Shown here one piece after another: positions 47,917-58,154 of a stretch of DNA of 64,000 bases (positions within the stretch are counted from its first letter, which is position 1; each line of letters opens with the position of its first letter). Both the position numbers and the translations under genes were made by a program. Under the pieces are notes generated by a model that saw only the letters and a list, made by a program, of their open reading frames with translations, was not told the origin of the DNA and did not search any database. The DNA comes from Clostridia bacterium (GTDB lineage: Bacteria > Bacillota > Clostridia > UMGS1840). Location of the stretch: the NCBI GenBank assembly GCA_017936745.1, contig JAGBEY010000012.1:32420-96419 (forward strand), given 5' to 3'.

Positions 47917-48105
47917 TTTTTTAGTATCTATGCGATGGAATTGTCTAATGTTACAATTATATTACAAATTTTATTGTAACATACCTTTTTCAAAAAATCA
48001 AGAGGCAAGGCATATTTTTCAATTTTTTTCATAGGATGGAAGTGTCTCGGAACACCCACTTTTAAAAACATTGCAATCAATTTTAACCAAAAGGAGTATC
48101 TCACT

Positions 48106-48570
48106 ATGTTTGTATGGTCTGTTACAATTACCAAAGAAAAAATCGCTTTACTGCTTGCTATTCTGCTGCTATTCACCCTGATTTCAGGGGTGTGTATCAC
48201 CTTTCTCAGAGAGGACAGCCTCCGCACCAACCAAGGGCGAATCCGCTTTTTAGAGGAATGCGGTCTCCTTGTGGAGTCTTCCCCCTTTTCGGTGCAAACT
48301 TTCAAAATTCCAAAAGAATTGGATGCGTTTTATTCCGAATACGAAGCACTGCAAAACAAGCAGGGCCTTTCTTTGATGCCCTACCGCAATCAGACTGTAA
48401 AAAAATACACCTATCCCCTGGTAAGCCAGGACGGAAGCCACGTTGTTGCAAATTTGTTCTTAAAAGGCGGCGTTCTCATTGCCTGCGACCTGACCTGTCC
48501 CGATTTCAAAAATGGGTGGATAAAGCCCCTGCTGCCTGAAAAATCTCTCCCGAAGGAGTCTGTTTTATGA
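48106..48570 (+). CDS. DUF4830-like membrane-anchored protein
   Basis: 154 aa with an N-terminal TM helix. The region RFLEECGL...YEALQNKQGLSL is reminiscent of DUF4830. Confidence 0.55.
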   Translation: MFVWSVTITKEKIALLLAILLLFTLISGVCITFLREDSLRTNQGRIRFLEECGLLVESSPFSVQTFKIPKELDAFYSEYEALQNKQGLSLMPYRNQTVKKYTYPLVSQDGSHVVANLFLKGGVLIACDLTCPDFKNGWIKPLLPEKSLPKESVL

Positions 48571-49301
48571 AAACTGTTCTGCACCTCCCCAAAAAAGAAA
48601 AAGGAGGATTTATCCCTCTTTGCCGACTGGTGATGCCTCCGGTCTCTACCAGGCTTGTAACACATGGCTCGCTGTCTGTTGCCGTCTGCACACTGAATCC
48701 TCTGTGGAAGCCCTTGTTGCCCCGCCTGATTCAGCACATTTCTCACCACCGGGAGGGCTTACTGCTTGATAATAGTATGAAGCAATACGCAAGCCTCCTA
48801 AAACAACCGGGCAAGGAAGAGCTTTTCTTTTCTCGTTTCCCCGAGCTTCTTAAGCTATGCTGTGAATCTTCCGTCTGCTACCCCACTGTCATCTGCCATC
48901 AGCCGGACACACGGATTTCCACAGTACTGAAAGCACTGAGCAATCACGCAAAGGCTGTCACAGTGGTAACAAACGATGACCTCTTTTTCGACCGGATTGC
49001 AAAGGATGCCATGCTGTTTTTGGGCTTATCCCTGAATCAACGCGATTTAGATTCTGTGGAATCTTCCGACCTTACCGTTGTTCTCTCTGTAAATCATGAT
49101 ACAAAAATCCCCGGGAACCGTGTCATCTCCCTCTGCGAAACCGAATTTTCTGCCGACGGTCAAATTCTGGAAGATTTTTCATCACATTCCACAACCAAAT
49201 TTTTTTCTTCTTTTCCCCATCTTCGCCTAAATCACTGTTTTCTGGTTCCGGAAACAGAGTCCATTCAAAATTTAATATGGAAAATTTCAAAAAAAAGTTG
49301 A
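48567..49301 (+). CDS. hypothetical protein
   Basis: 244-aa ORF, translationally coupled to the preceding gene (ATGA overlap). No motif was recognised. Confidence 0.5.
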   Translation: MKTVLHLPKKEKGGFIPLCRLVMPPVSTRLVTHGSLSVAVCTLNPLWKPLLPRLIQHISHHREGLLLDNSMKQYASLLKQPGKEELFFSRFPELLKLCCESSVCYPTVICHQPDTRISTVLKALSNHAKAVTVVTNDDLFFDRIAKDAMLFLGLSLNQRDLDSVESSDLTVVLSVNHDTKIPGNRVISLCETEFSADGQILEDFSSHSTTKFFSSFPHLRLNHCFLVPETESIQNLIWKISKKS

Positions 49302-49418
49302 CAAATCTTAAAAAATGTATATAATAGTATTTGCTATGTTATATTGCCTTTTTATGGTTTCGGGAAGGCTCATCGCAAATATTACCGAAACAAAATTCAA
49401 TGTAGAGGATGATATCGA

Positions 49419-49895
49419 ATGGAAAAAGCAACGATTCTGACCAGCGAAGGCTTAAAAAAATATGAAGCTGAGCTGGCATATCTGAAAGACACCAAGCGTA
49501 TCGAAGTAGCAGAAAAAATCAAGGAAGCCCGTTCTTTCGGCGACTTATCCGAAAATGCAGAATATGATGCTGCAAAAAAAGAGCAGGCGGAAATGGAAGA
49601 AAGAATCGCAAAAATCGAAAATATGCTGAAAAATGTTACGGTTGTGGAGGATGATGAAATTTCTACCGACACTGTAACCATCGGCTCCAAAGTAAGAGTG
49701 TTGGATGTGGAAGAAAAAGAAGAGCTGGTTCTGCAAATTGTCGGCTCCAACGAAGCAGATCCCTTTAACGATAAAATCTCCAATGAATCCCCTGTAGGAG
49801 CTGGTCTTTTAGGCAAGAAAAAAGGCAAAACCGTAACCATTACAACCCCCACCGGTTTTACCACGAAATACAAAATTTTAGACATTTCCAAATAA
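49419..49895 (+). CDS. greA: transcription elongation factor GreA
   Basis: 158 aa. The N-terminal coiled coil carries GDLSENAEYDAAK, and the C-terminal domain is FKBP-like. Confidence 0.94.
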   Translation: MEKATILTSEGLKKYEAELAYLKDTKRIEVAEKIKEARSFGDLSENAEYDAAKKEQAEMEERIAKIENMLKNVTVVEDDEISTDTVTIGSKVRVLDVEEKEELVLQIVGSNEADPFNDKISNESPVGAGLLGKKKGKTVTITTPTGFTTKYKILDISK

Positions 49896-49974
49896 GCAAA
49901 CAAGAGAGCCGTGCAAGCCTGTCTTTTTAAGATATGCTTGCACCTCGTTTTTATAAGAAAGGAAGAAAAGCATC

Positions 49975-51507
49975 ATGGAAGAAAAGGAATTATCACAGCT
50001 TTTGCAGGTACGGCGTGACAAGCTCTCCGAGCTTCAGGCAGAAGGCAGAGACCCGTTTCAGATTACAAAATATGACCGCACTCACACCTCAAAGCAGATT
50101 ACCGAAGGCTACACCACCGAAGAAAGAACCATCACTGTAAGAGAAGAAACACAGCAGATTACCGCTAAAATTTCTCCCTTAGACGGTGAAACTGTATCCG
50201 TTGCCGGCAGAATTATGTCCAAACGCGGTATGGGTAAGGTAGGCTTCCTTCATATTGCCGATATTGACGGACAGATTCAGCTGTTCGTGAAAAAAGATAT
50301 TTTAGGGGAAGAAGAATACAACCACTTCAAAAAACTGGATACCGGTGATATCATCGGTGCAGTTGGTGTGGTATTCACCACGCAGACCGGAGAAATCTCC
50401 GTAAGAGCTGAAAAAATCACTCTGCTCTCCAAATCTCTGCAACCCCTGCCCGAAAAATTCCACGGTATGACCAACACTGACTTGAGATACCGCCAGCGTT
50501 ATACCGACCTGATTATGAACCGTGATGTAAAGGACACCTTTATCAAACGTTCCAAAATTATTTCCACCATCCGTAAATATTTAGACGGACAAGGCTTTTT
50601 AGAAGTGGAAACTCCCATGCTGGTTGCCAATGCAGGCGGCGCGGCAGCCCGTCCGTTTTTAACCCATTCCAATGCACTGGGCGAGGAATTTAAGCTCCGT
50701 ATATCTTTGGAATTGTACTTAAAACGTCTTATCGTAGGCGGTCTGGAACGAGTGTATGAAATCGGCAGAGTATTCCGTAACGAAGGGGTAGACACCCGTC
50801 ACAATCCGGAATTCACCTTGATGGAATTATATCAGGCATACACCGATTATCACGGTATGATGGACTTAACTGAAAATCTGTACCGCCATGTGGCACAGGA
50901 AGTGCTTGGCACTACCAAAATCGTGTATAACGGCATCGAAATGGACTTAGGTCAGCCTTTTGAACGAATCACTATGCTGGATGCCGTAAAAAAATATTCC
51001 GGTGTAGACTTTAACGAAATCAAAACCCAGGAAGAAGCTCAGGCTGTTGCGAAAGAGCATCACGTGGAATTTGAACCCCATCACAAAAAAGGCGACATTT
51101 TGAATCTGTTCTTTGAAGAATTTGTAGAAGAACATCTGATTCAGCCTACTTTTGTAATGGATCATCCGGTGGAAATTTCTCCCTTAACCAAAAAGAAACC
51201 CGAAAATCCCGATTATGTGGAACGCTTCGAGTTCTTTATGAACGGCTGGGAAATGGCAAATGCTTACTCCGAATTAAACGATCCCATCGACCAGAGAGAA
51301 CGTTTCAAAGCCCAGGAAGAGCTGCTCTCTTTGGGCGACGAAGAAGCAAACACCACCGATGAAGACTTTATGAATGCATTGGAAATCGGTATGGCACCCA
51401 CCGGCGGTATCGGATTCGGTATCGACCGTATGTGTATGTTATTAACCGACTCCCAGGCAATCCGTGATGTACTGTTGTTCCCAACAATGAAGCCGTTGGA
51501 TAAATAA
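49975..51507 (+). CDS. lysS: lysine--tRNA ligase (class II)
   Basis: 510 aa. Class II motifs include FRNEG and GGIGFGIDR. greA-lysS synteny is typical of Firmicutes. Confidence 0.95.
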   Translation: MEEKELSQLLQVRRDKLSELQAEGRDPFQITKYDRTHTSKQITEGYTTEERTITVREETQQITAKISPLDGETVSVAGRIMSKRGMGKVGFLHIADIDGQIQLFVKKDILGEEEYNHFKKLDTGDIIGAVGVVFTTQTGEISVRAEKITLLSKSLQPLPEKFHGMTNTDLRYRQRYTDLIMNRDVKDTFIKRSKIISTIRKYLDGQGFLEVETPMLVANAGGAAARPFLTHSNALGEEFKLRISLELYLKRLIVGGLERVYEIGRVFRNEGVDTRHNPEFTLMELYQAYTDYHGMMDLTENLYRHVAQEVLGTTKIVYNGIEMDLGQPFERITMLDAVKKYSGVDFNEIKTQEEAQAVAKEHHVEFEPHHKKGDILNLFFEEFVEEHLIQPTFVMDHPVEISPLTKKKPENPDYVERFEFFMNGWEMANAYSELNDPIDQRERFKAQEELLSLGDEEANTTDEDFMNALEIGMAPTGGIGFGIDRMCMLLTDSQAIRDVLLFPTMKPLDK

Positions 51508-51608
51508 ATGGCGTAAAATGGGGCTTTTCGGAGGTTTTGGTACTCCAAATTACTCCATTTGTACTCCACTTTATGCAAGAATATATGTTGAAAAAGGAAC
51601 TGCTATTT

Positions 51609-51641
51609 AAAAGGGCAATGGAATTTACTCCATTGCCCTTT
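51609..51641 (-). terminator. terminator of the Fic operon
   Basis: Stem GGGCAATGGA/TCCATTGCCC, followed by a T-run on the minus strand. Confidence 0.65.
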
Positions 51642-51669
51642 ATGTTATTTTATACAGTCATAAATGTAT

Positions 51670-52056
51670 CTAAGGTAATTGTTCAGGATTATCCATACAA
51701 TCAAAAACGGTAGCTTCTATATAATTAATTAAACTTTCATCTAAGTCCTTCTCAGTAATACTATTACTTATTTCTGGCAATTCTTTTCTTTCAAACAAAG
51801 TCAATTTTGAAGCGTATTCTGTTATCTTATTCTTTACTAATTCGCCTAGTCTTGTAATAATCTCCGAATTATTTTCTTTATCAGTATTTTCGGTAGCACC
51901 AAAAACATAATCTCCTAATTCTTGCAAACATTCGAACCCCTCCATTCTCATTGTTGAACAAGAATTACGATAAAAGTTATCTTCTATATATTCAACATAT
52001 TGGTTAATATTCTCAACCTCATTTTCAAAACGCTCTTTCGTATTAATAACAAACAA
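51670..52056 (-). CDS. hypothetical acidic protein downstream of fic
   Basis: 128-aa ORF. Its TTG start lies directly after GGAG, so the start is uncertain. No motif was recognised. Confidence 0.4.
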   Translation of the reverse strand: MFVINTKERFENEVENINQYVEYIEDNFYRNSCSTMRMEGFECLQELGDYVFGATENTDKENNSEIITRLGELVKNKITEYASKLTLFERKELPEISNSITEKDLDESLINYIEATVFDCMDNPEQLP

Positions 52057-52081
52057 CTCCTTTTATTATGATGTATCTATT

Positions 52082-52978
52082 TTATTCAATATATGGCACT
52101 TTAAAATATTCCAAATACTTTTTAAACTTATCCTGTGCAGATAGGCAGGTGTCAGTCAAATACCCTTTTTCGTTATTCCATTCGGAAAGTCCCCTGTAAT
52201 AGAACATTTTAAGACTATCATCAATAATAAACGGAACAATATTATTTTTGAGACATTCCTTAAACATAATAAGTCTGCCAACACGACCATTACCATCCTG
52301 AAACGGATGTAATGCTTCAAATTGATAATGGAAGTCAATAATTTCTTCCAATGTATGCTCGTTCTTTTCATTATAAGATTTCAAAAGTTCTTTGATTTTC
52401 TGTCCCACAGTTTCAGGACTTGCAGTTTCTTTTCCACCGACTTCATTAGGAAGTTTTTTGTAATCACCAACATTAAACCAATCTTTTCTTGAATCAGATG
52501 TACCGGACTTTAAAGTAAAATGCAATTCCTTTATAAATTTTTCTGTGAGTTTGTAAGTGGCATTATTAATTATCATATCAATACACTTGAAATGATTTGC
52601 GGTCTCTATAATATCGTCAACATTCAAAGCATCGTTTTCTACACCAATAGTATTAGTTTCAAAAATATATCTCGTCTGGTCGTGGGTTAATTTGCTACCC
52701 TCAATATGATTTGAATTATAGGTAAGTTCTATTTGAATTTTATGATAAATACCGCCTTTAAGAGAAGACTTTTTCTCTGCTCTTAACCTTTCGAGAAGAT
52801 TTTGCGGTTCATCAATCTTTTTGTTTATTCTTTCGGGTTTTTCTGCATTTTCTGGGATATTCCAGGTCTTACCTGTCAAGAATGCTCCGGGGATTTTATT
52901 TTCAGCACAGTATTTTCTAACACCGCGCTCGGACATATTCCATTTTTTCGCCATTTGCGATACAGATAAATAGTTCAT
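52082..52978 (-). CDS. Fic-family protein with N-terminal HTH
   Basis: 298 aa with the canonical Fic motif HPFQDGNGRVGR. The N-terminal MerR/excisionase-like HTH reads LSVSQMAKKWNMSERGVRKYC. Confidence 0.85.
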   Translation of the reverse strand: MNYLSVSQMAKKWNMSERGVRKYCAENKIPGAFLTGKTWNIPENAEKPERINKKIDEPQNLLERLRAEKKSSLKGGIYHKIQIELTYNSNHIEGSKLTHDQTRYIFETNTIGVENDALNVDDIIETANHFKCIDMIINNATYKLTEKFIKELHFTLKSGTSDSRKDWFNVGDYKKLPNEVGGKETASPETVGQKIKELLKSYNEKNEHTLEEIIDFHYQFEALHPFQDGNGRVGRLIMFKECLKNNIVPFIIDDSLKMFYYRGLSEWNNEKGYLTDTCLSAQDKFKKYLEYFKVPYIE

Positions 52979-53530
52979 AAACTCACTCCTAACTTCTGTA
53001 TATATTATACCACATTACAGGAACAAAATCAATGATTTTTAAAATATTTTTATCATATTTGTGCCGATAACGGCATATTTGCAACTAATCACACCACTAT
53101 AATCATAAAATGCCTGCAAACGCACCTAAAACGACCTGTATCGCATTTCATTCTATCAAAGGTCTAATTACCTTCCAAACTCTATTAAATGTCACAAAGT
53201 ACAATTATTGTCTAAATTCAAAAGACACATTCAACTCGTGCATTTGGAATATGGTTTGGCATAACCAAAATCATTTTTTAAATTTTATAACTATTGACGT
53301 ATATAAAGTTATACGATATGATGTAAATACACTCCGAGGAGATTTTAACTTTTACATATAATGTATTGAAATGAAATTTTCTTTTTGGAGTTATTTGCTT
53401 TATATATTGACGCAAAAAATAACTTGCGGTAATATATACATGTTCGAGAATTTTTTAATTTAAGAATTAAGTAATTTATTTGTATAGGCAATAGAACTTA
53501 TTGCCTATTGTCTCCTGTTATCACAATAGG

Positions 53531-53620
53531 AGTGTATTGAAACGTGCTGAAAAGTACAAATGTGTATAGAAACGCACCAAAAAGTGTTAATGTGTATTAT
53601 AACACATTAAAAACAGAAAA
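53531..53620. repeat. three tandem 30-bp iteron-like repeats
   Basis: The units run 53531-53560, 53561-53590 and 53591-53620. The consensus is approximately TGTGTATWGAAACRCNCYRAAAAGTRYWAA, with no spacers between units. Confidence 0.75.
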
Positions 53621-53698
53621 GGCAATCTAATTAAGGTTAGGTTGCTTTTTTCTTGTAAAAAAAATAAGAGACCATATCAAAAAAGGTCTCAATTTCAT

Positions 53699-53932
53699 TT
53701 AATCTTTAAATTCAAATAATTTTTTTAGTGGAATGTTAAGTGCATCGGCAATATCAATTAAGGTATCTAAGGTACAGGAACATGCGGCAGTTTCAATTTT
53801 TTGCATATATGTTCTGCTTATATCACATTTTTCTGCCAGTTCAATCTGTGTTAACCCCTGTTCTTTTCTATAATGTAAAATATTAAGTCCAATTGCTAAC
53901 CAGACATCAAAATTTTTATTTTTCATTCGCAC
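53699..53932 (-). CDS. XRE-family HTH transcriptional regulator
   Basis: 77 aa. The HTH pattern is RKEQGLTQIELAEKCDISRTYMQKIE. Confidence 0.85.
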   Translation of the reverse strand: MRMKNKNFDVWLAIGLNILHYRKEQGLTQIELAEKCDISRTYMQKIETAACSCTLDTLIDIADALNIPLKKLFEFKD

Positions 53933-54138
53933 TCACCTCTATAATATATATTATATGCTCAATAAAGGTTCTTTTCGACAATCAGAATTTTCTTAAATGC
54001 GAACAAAATGATTGCATTTCTGTTCGAAGTATGGTATAATGATATTATATTATTCGCTTTTGAGATATAATAGTATGCTTTTATAGTATATTTTCTCTTG
54101 AATGAATAAAAATACAATTGCAAATGGAGGGAATTTTA

Positions 54139-56214
54139 ATGAAGAAAATATTATCAGTTTTGATATTTTTACTTTGCTGTTGTCCTATATATTCTCACGC
54201 TGCATGGTATGATTCGGAATTGGCAGAATTGCAAAAACAAAATTTTATTAATGCAGTACATTTTCAAAATCCGGATAATCCTATTCTACGTGAAGAAATT
54301 TGTGATATTTTGGTTTCACTTTACAAACATCAAAACCCTGATAATGAAATCGAAAATAAAGCAAATTGTTTTACAGACATTCAAAACAGTGCTTTTAAAA
54401 CATCTATCGAAAACGCCTATTCATTAGGTATAATTCAAGGTGTTTCAAACACAGAATTTCAAGGACAAGGTACTTTGACACGAGAACAGTTTGCAACTAT
54501 CATTTATCGGATGCATGGCTCTCCTATGTCTGCCGTAAGACTTTATCGTGATGAGCCTGAAATCTCAGATTATGCGATTTCTGCCATTGATTATTGTATT
54601 CAGCAAGGAATTGTTAAAGGAACACAAAAAGATTTTTTCTCTCCTAAAAAATCGCTTACAAAAGCAGAAGCATTGGCAATAGTAAATCGTCTGGTAAAAA
54701 AAGAGGAAAATTTATCAGAAGATGTGCAAATTACCAACAACATAATTGAAGAGAAAGAAAAGGTGTATCTGGCGGTTGTTGCAAGTAGATTTAACAACTC
54801 ATCTGATAACGGAATAGTTATTATCGATAAGACAACTGAAAATCGTACATGGATACCACTTGCAAAACAAATCGAGGGACATCTGTTTGATTTAGGTGAT
54901 TTTATTTTAATTCCCACCTCGCAAGAAGATGACCCATCCTACCCTTCATATCATGGAGCATATGCACTGGATAAACAATCACTAACCATTACAGAATATG
55001 ACTTACCTGAACTGAGCAATGTATGGGCATTTTATAATAATGGAATATATTGCACAGTCTATGAAAACAATGTTGTAAAGATAGCACGTTATGATTTGAA
55101 TACAAAAAAAGTAACATCCGGTGCAGAAGTTAATATGTCGTACTTTTGGGAAGAAAGAGTTGTATATGGGAAGGAAGATAAAGTATATTTTTATTTACGC
55201 AGTTATGAAAATAAATCCGCAAATAAAGTCGATGCGGCGACAGTAAATATAATTGATTTAAATGATTTAACAATACAAACTATTGCCTATCCCCAAGTAC
55301 GAGAATTTGACTTTATAACAGATAAGTACACAGGTTATTCTGAGTACATTGACCATGGTGGGACAAATTGGGAGCACAACATTATTATTTGTGATACAAA
55401 CAGCGGTAATCAAATAAAGAAGGTTAACGCAAAGGAATTGCTAAACACATTGCCTTACAACAATGATAAAACTGAAAACAGGTACTTAAAACGAATATCT
55501 GTGGATTTTAAAGCAGTTTGTGTAAATGATGAAATATATATTACAGACCAAGACAGACGACGATTAGTTTGTATTACAAATTATGATTTGTTTGATATTT
55601 GTCTCGGGAATAAATATGATTTCAATTACTCATTAATGGGTAAAGACGGAACAGAATATTTTCAGTTGAATAATGACAGAACATATTCTGTGAGCAAAGA
55701 TGCCTCATATACAAGCATATATAACAGGAAGTTTTTTGAAGGCAATCAACCTCTTAGTGAAGAGTGTAAAAAAGAACTTCAACTGCTAAGAGTACAGAAA
55801 GACTATTGGTGCTCATACCATAACAAATACGACCTTATAAATGCTGTAAACAAGTATTTAACACATTCCTGTAATTATGATTATGTCGCAAGAGATAACC
55901 CGAGCAATCCTGCTTATGCGAAAGCATGGTCAGCATTAGGAATTATTGAAAATCAAAAGGCAGTTTGCAATGGTTATGCTGAATATTTTGACTTTGTTTT
56001 GAAATATTCAGGAATTCCATCAAGGTTATTGACAGGGCATGTTGATTTTAGTCCGGAACCCCATGCTTGGAATATAATTTATCTAGACGGAAAATATTAC
56101 CTTTTTGATTGTACCGTAAATTCATCACTGAAAAATGAAAATTCATATTCATGGATAACAGAACAAGATTCTTCGCATTCTCCTGCGTCCATGCATGCCC
56201 CATATTTACCATAA
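54139..56214 (+). CDS. secreted SLH-domain protein with C-terminal transglutaminase-like cysteine protease core
   Basis: The ATG at 54139 follows a GGAGGG RBS, and the signal peptide is MKKILSVLIFLLCCCPIYSHA. SLH repeats include GQGTLTREQFATIIYRM and FFSPKKSLTKAEALAIVNRL. The C-terminal pattern CNGYAEYF...PHAWNIIYLDGKYYLFDCT matches a Cys-His-Asp core. Confidence 0.7.
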   Translation: MKKILSVLIFLLCCCPIYSHAAWYDSELAELQKQNFINAVHFQNPDNPILREEICDILVSLYKHQNPDNEIENKANCFTDIQNSAFKTSIENAYSLGIIQGVSNTEFQGQGTLTREQFATIIYRMHGSPMSAVRLYRDEPEISDYAISAIDYCIQQGIVKGTQKDFFSPKKSLTKAEALAIVNRLVKKEENLSEDVQITNNIIEEKEKVYLAVVASRFNNSSDNGIVIIDKTTENRTWIPLAKQIEGHLFDLGDFILIPTSQEDDPSYPSYHGAYALDKQSLTITEYDLPELSNVWAFYNNGIYCTVYENNVVKIARYDLNTKKVTSGAEVNMSYFWEERVVYGKEDKVYFYLRSYENKSANKVDAATVNIIDLNDLTIQTIAYPQVREFDFITDKYTGYSEYIDHGGTNWEHNIIICDTNSGNQIKKVNAKELLNTLPYNNDKTENRYLKRISVDFKAVCVNDEIYITDQDRRRLVCITNYDLFDICLGNKYDFNYSLMGKDGTEYFQLNNDRTYSVSKDASYTSIYNRKFFEGNQPLSEECKKELQLLRVQKDYWCSYHNKYDLINAVNKYLTHSCNYDYVARDNPSNPAYAKAWSALGIIENQKAVCNGYAEYFDFVLKYSGIPSRLLTGHVDFSPEPHAWNIIYLDGKYYLFDCTVNSSLKNENSYSWITEQDSSHSPASMHAPYLP

Positions 56215-56273
56215 ATAATTTAATTTATTATAAAATAAACACTTATAGAAAGAAGGATAAAAAATGAAAAAAT

Positions 56274-56522
56274 TTAGAAAGATAATTGAATAAGCTGAGA
56301 TATAAGCATTAAAATATTTTGTGATTCAAGAGAATATTCTGACTGAACACAAAAATGTAGATGCTTAACTACTCTGCCGTCAATAGAGAATTTTGGCACA
56401 GAAAGTACTGAAATAATGTTTTTATCATCTGCCGGCATCATGCGAATAAAGAAATCGAATTTGTTGATGTCATTTTCGGTATGAGACGGATAGATGATAG
56501 AAAACTGTAATTCTGTCTGCAT
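56274..56522 (-). CDS. hypothetical small protein
   Basis: The ATG at 56522 follows a GGGAGG RBS. It lies 59 nt downstream of the 479-aa gene on the same strand. Confidence 0.45.
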   Translation of the reverse strand: MQTELQFSIIYPSHTENDINKFDFFIRMMPADDKNIISVLSVPKFSIDGRVVKHLHFCVQSEYSLESQNILMLISQLIQLSF

Positions 56523-56581
56523 GTAAAAACCTCCCTTCATAATTGATAATTTCAATTTATGTGGGAGGTTTATTTTTCCTT

Positions 56582-58021
56582 TTATTCAATTAACTTATCT
56601 TCTTTATATTTTTGAGTAGCATTTTTTAGTATTTCGTTTAAATCAGCATCGTAATTTGCACTTAATTTCTTTATAAATTCAAAATCAACAGCAATGACAT
56701 CAAAAAGTCTAGTTCCAAGAGTCATAAAATTATCTCTAAATTTAATAAATTCGGTTTCGTTTTCGTTGATTGTTTTTCTTTTAAAATACCTATCTACATA
56801 CTGATAAAACTTAAATGCATCGGATGTCAAATCCATATCGCTTTTCATTTTAGGAAGTGTGAATAATTCTAGTTTGCTTATAAGTGGAATTTCGATTTTT
56901 TCCTGATGTAGTTTTATGCAAGTTGCTTTAAATGCTTCATCTTCTGTTTTTTCTGTATTTAAATAGTATTGATTAACAATAGAAAATAAATGAACCAATT
57001 TTATTTTTCCGCCACAAGCATTGCATATCTCTTCATCATAATAATTATCAAAATATTTTTTTAATGATTTAGAGTTTCCATCTTTATAGCTTGTTTTGTA
57101 TTTGTAATAAAATACCGGCAAATTATCTTTGGTGGTTTCCTTTTCTTTATTATCGCGGAAATATAAGCAATCCTCACTTTCATAATCAAAAGGATTGTTA
57201 ATATGTTCATTTCTGCCAAGGATTTTAAAAATAGGTAACCATTCAATCTTTTTTTGTCCATTTTGCAAATAGCATTTTTTTATAAATTCATAACATGGGT
57301 TATAAATTTCTACTTCTTTGTACAAAAAATACAACGCGAACAACCAATATTCTTGTTTTAAGTAGTTTTGATTTTGAATCGAAATTATTTTCTCTATCCT
57401 TGCAATAATATGTTGTTGAATTCGTTCTAATTCTTGATTGCTTTTTTCCAGTCTTTCCCTCTCGGTCTCCTTTTCTTTTTCGCTTTTGCCTGGTATTATC
57501 CCCATTGAGAATTTGTGAAGTTCGTCTAAAAGCGAAGGTGTTGGGATTTTTACATATCGAGCCTCTTCCGGGAACAATTCGTCGTCAAATATTTTTGCAT
57601 CATATCGGTTGGGAACAAAAAACTTTCTATCAATAAGGCATTTTTGTTCTGTAAATATTTCAATTGGTGGTTTACATAGGGAGGGGTTTTTTCCTTCTAC
57701 AATTTTTGCTTTATTTCCAAATATTTTTCGCAAAGTCATTTTTGGTTGGATTTTACCATCTTCAATCGCTTTATCCAAAAGTCTTTCCATTGCATTTCTT
57801 TTTCTAATAAAAAGATGGGTATTATAATCAACTGCAAATATTGCGAGCAATTTTTCTGGTGTAATAGAATTCATTCTTATATTTTTACACATGTAATAAC
57901 TTGCTGATTGTTCTATGTTTAAAATCTCAGCAAATTCTTCGTGCGTATATCCCATATATTGTTCTCTTATTTCGTTTATTAAATTTGATAAATTTGGCGT
58001 TAGCTTGTATTTGCTTTGCAC
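56582..58021 (-). CDS. hypothetical protein with N-terminal XRE-like HTH
   Basis: 479 aa. The HTH-like segment is GYTHEEFAEILNIEQSASYYMCKN. There is a central coiled coil (KEKETERERLEKSNQELERIQQ) and a CNACGG motif. No NTPase motif was seen. Confidence 0.5.
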   Translation of the reverse strand: MQSKYKLTPNLSNLINEIREQYMGYTHEEFAEILNIEQSASYYMCKNIRMNSITPEKLLAIFAVDYNTHLFIRKRNAMERLLDKAIEDGKIQPKMTLRKIFGNKAKIVEGKNPSLCKPPIEIFTEQKCLIDRKFFVPNRYDAKIFDDELFPEEARYVKIPTPSLLDELHKFSMGIIPGKSEKEKETERERLEKSNQELERIQQHIIARIEKIISIQNQNYLKQEYWLFALYFLYKEVEIYNPCYEFIKKCYLQNGQKKIEWLPIFKILGRNEHINNPFDYESEDCLYFRDNKEKETTKDNLPVFYYKYKTSYKDGNSKSLKKYFDNYYDEEICNACGGKIKLVHLFSIVNQYYLNTEKTEDEAFKATCIKLHQEKIEIPLISKLELFTLPKMKSDMDLTSDAFKFYQYVDRYFKRKTINENETEFIKFRDNFMTLGTRLFDVIAVDFEFIKKLSANYDADLNEILKNATQKYKEDKLIE

Positions 58022-58154
58022 AAAATCCCACCTTTCTAAATTTTGCTTTTAATTATAATACCATATTTTCGCCCGATGTTCAATAGAATCGGGCAATTTT
58101 ATTCTCATTTTTTCGTATATATTCTCAATATTCATTAAAAACACTTTATTTTTG

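Noticed and set aside
53531-53620. Possible CRISPR array
   Set aside because: The three 30-bp repeats are directly adjacent with no spacers, and no cas genes are nearby. They are better described as iterons or operator repeats.
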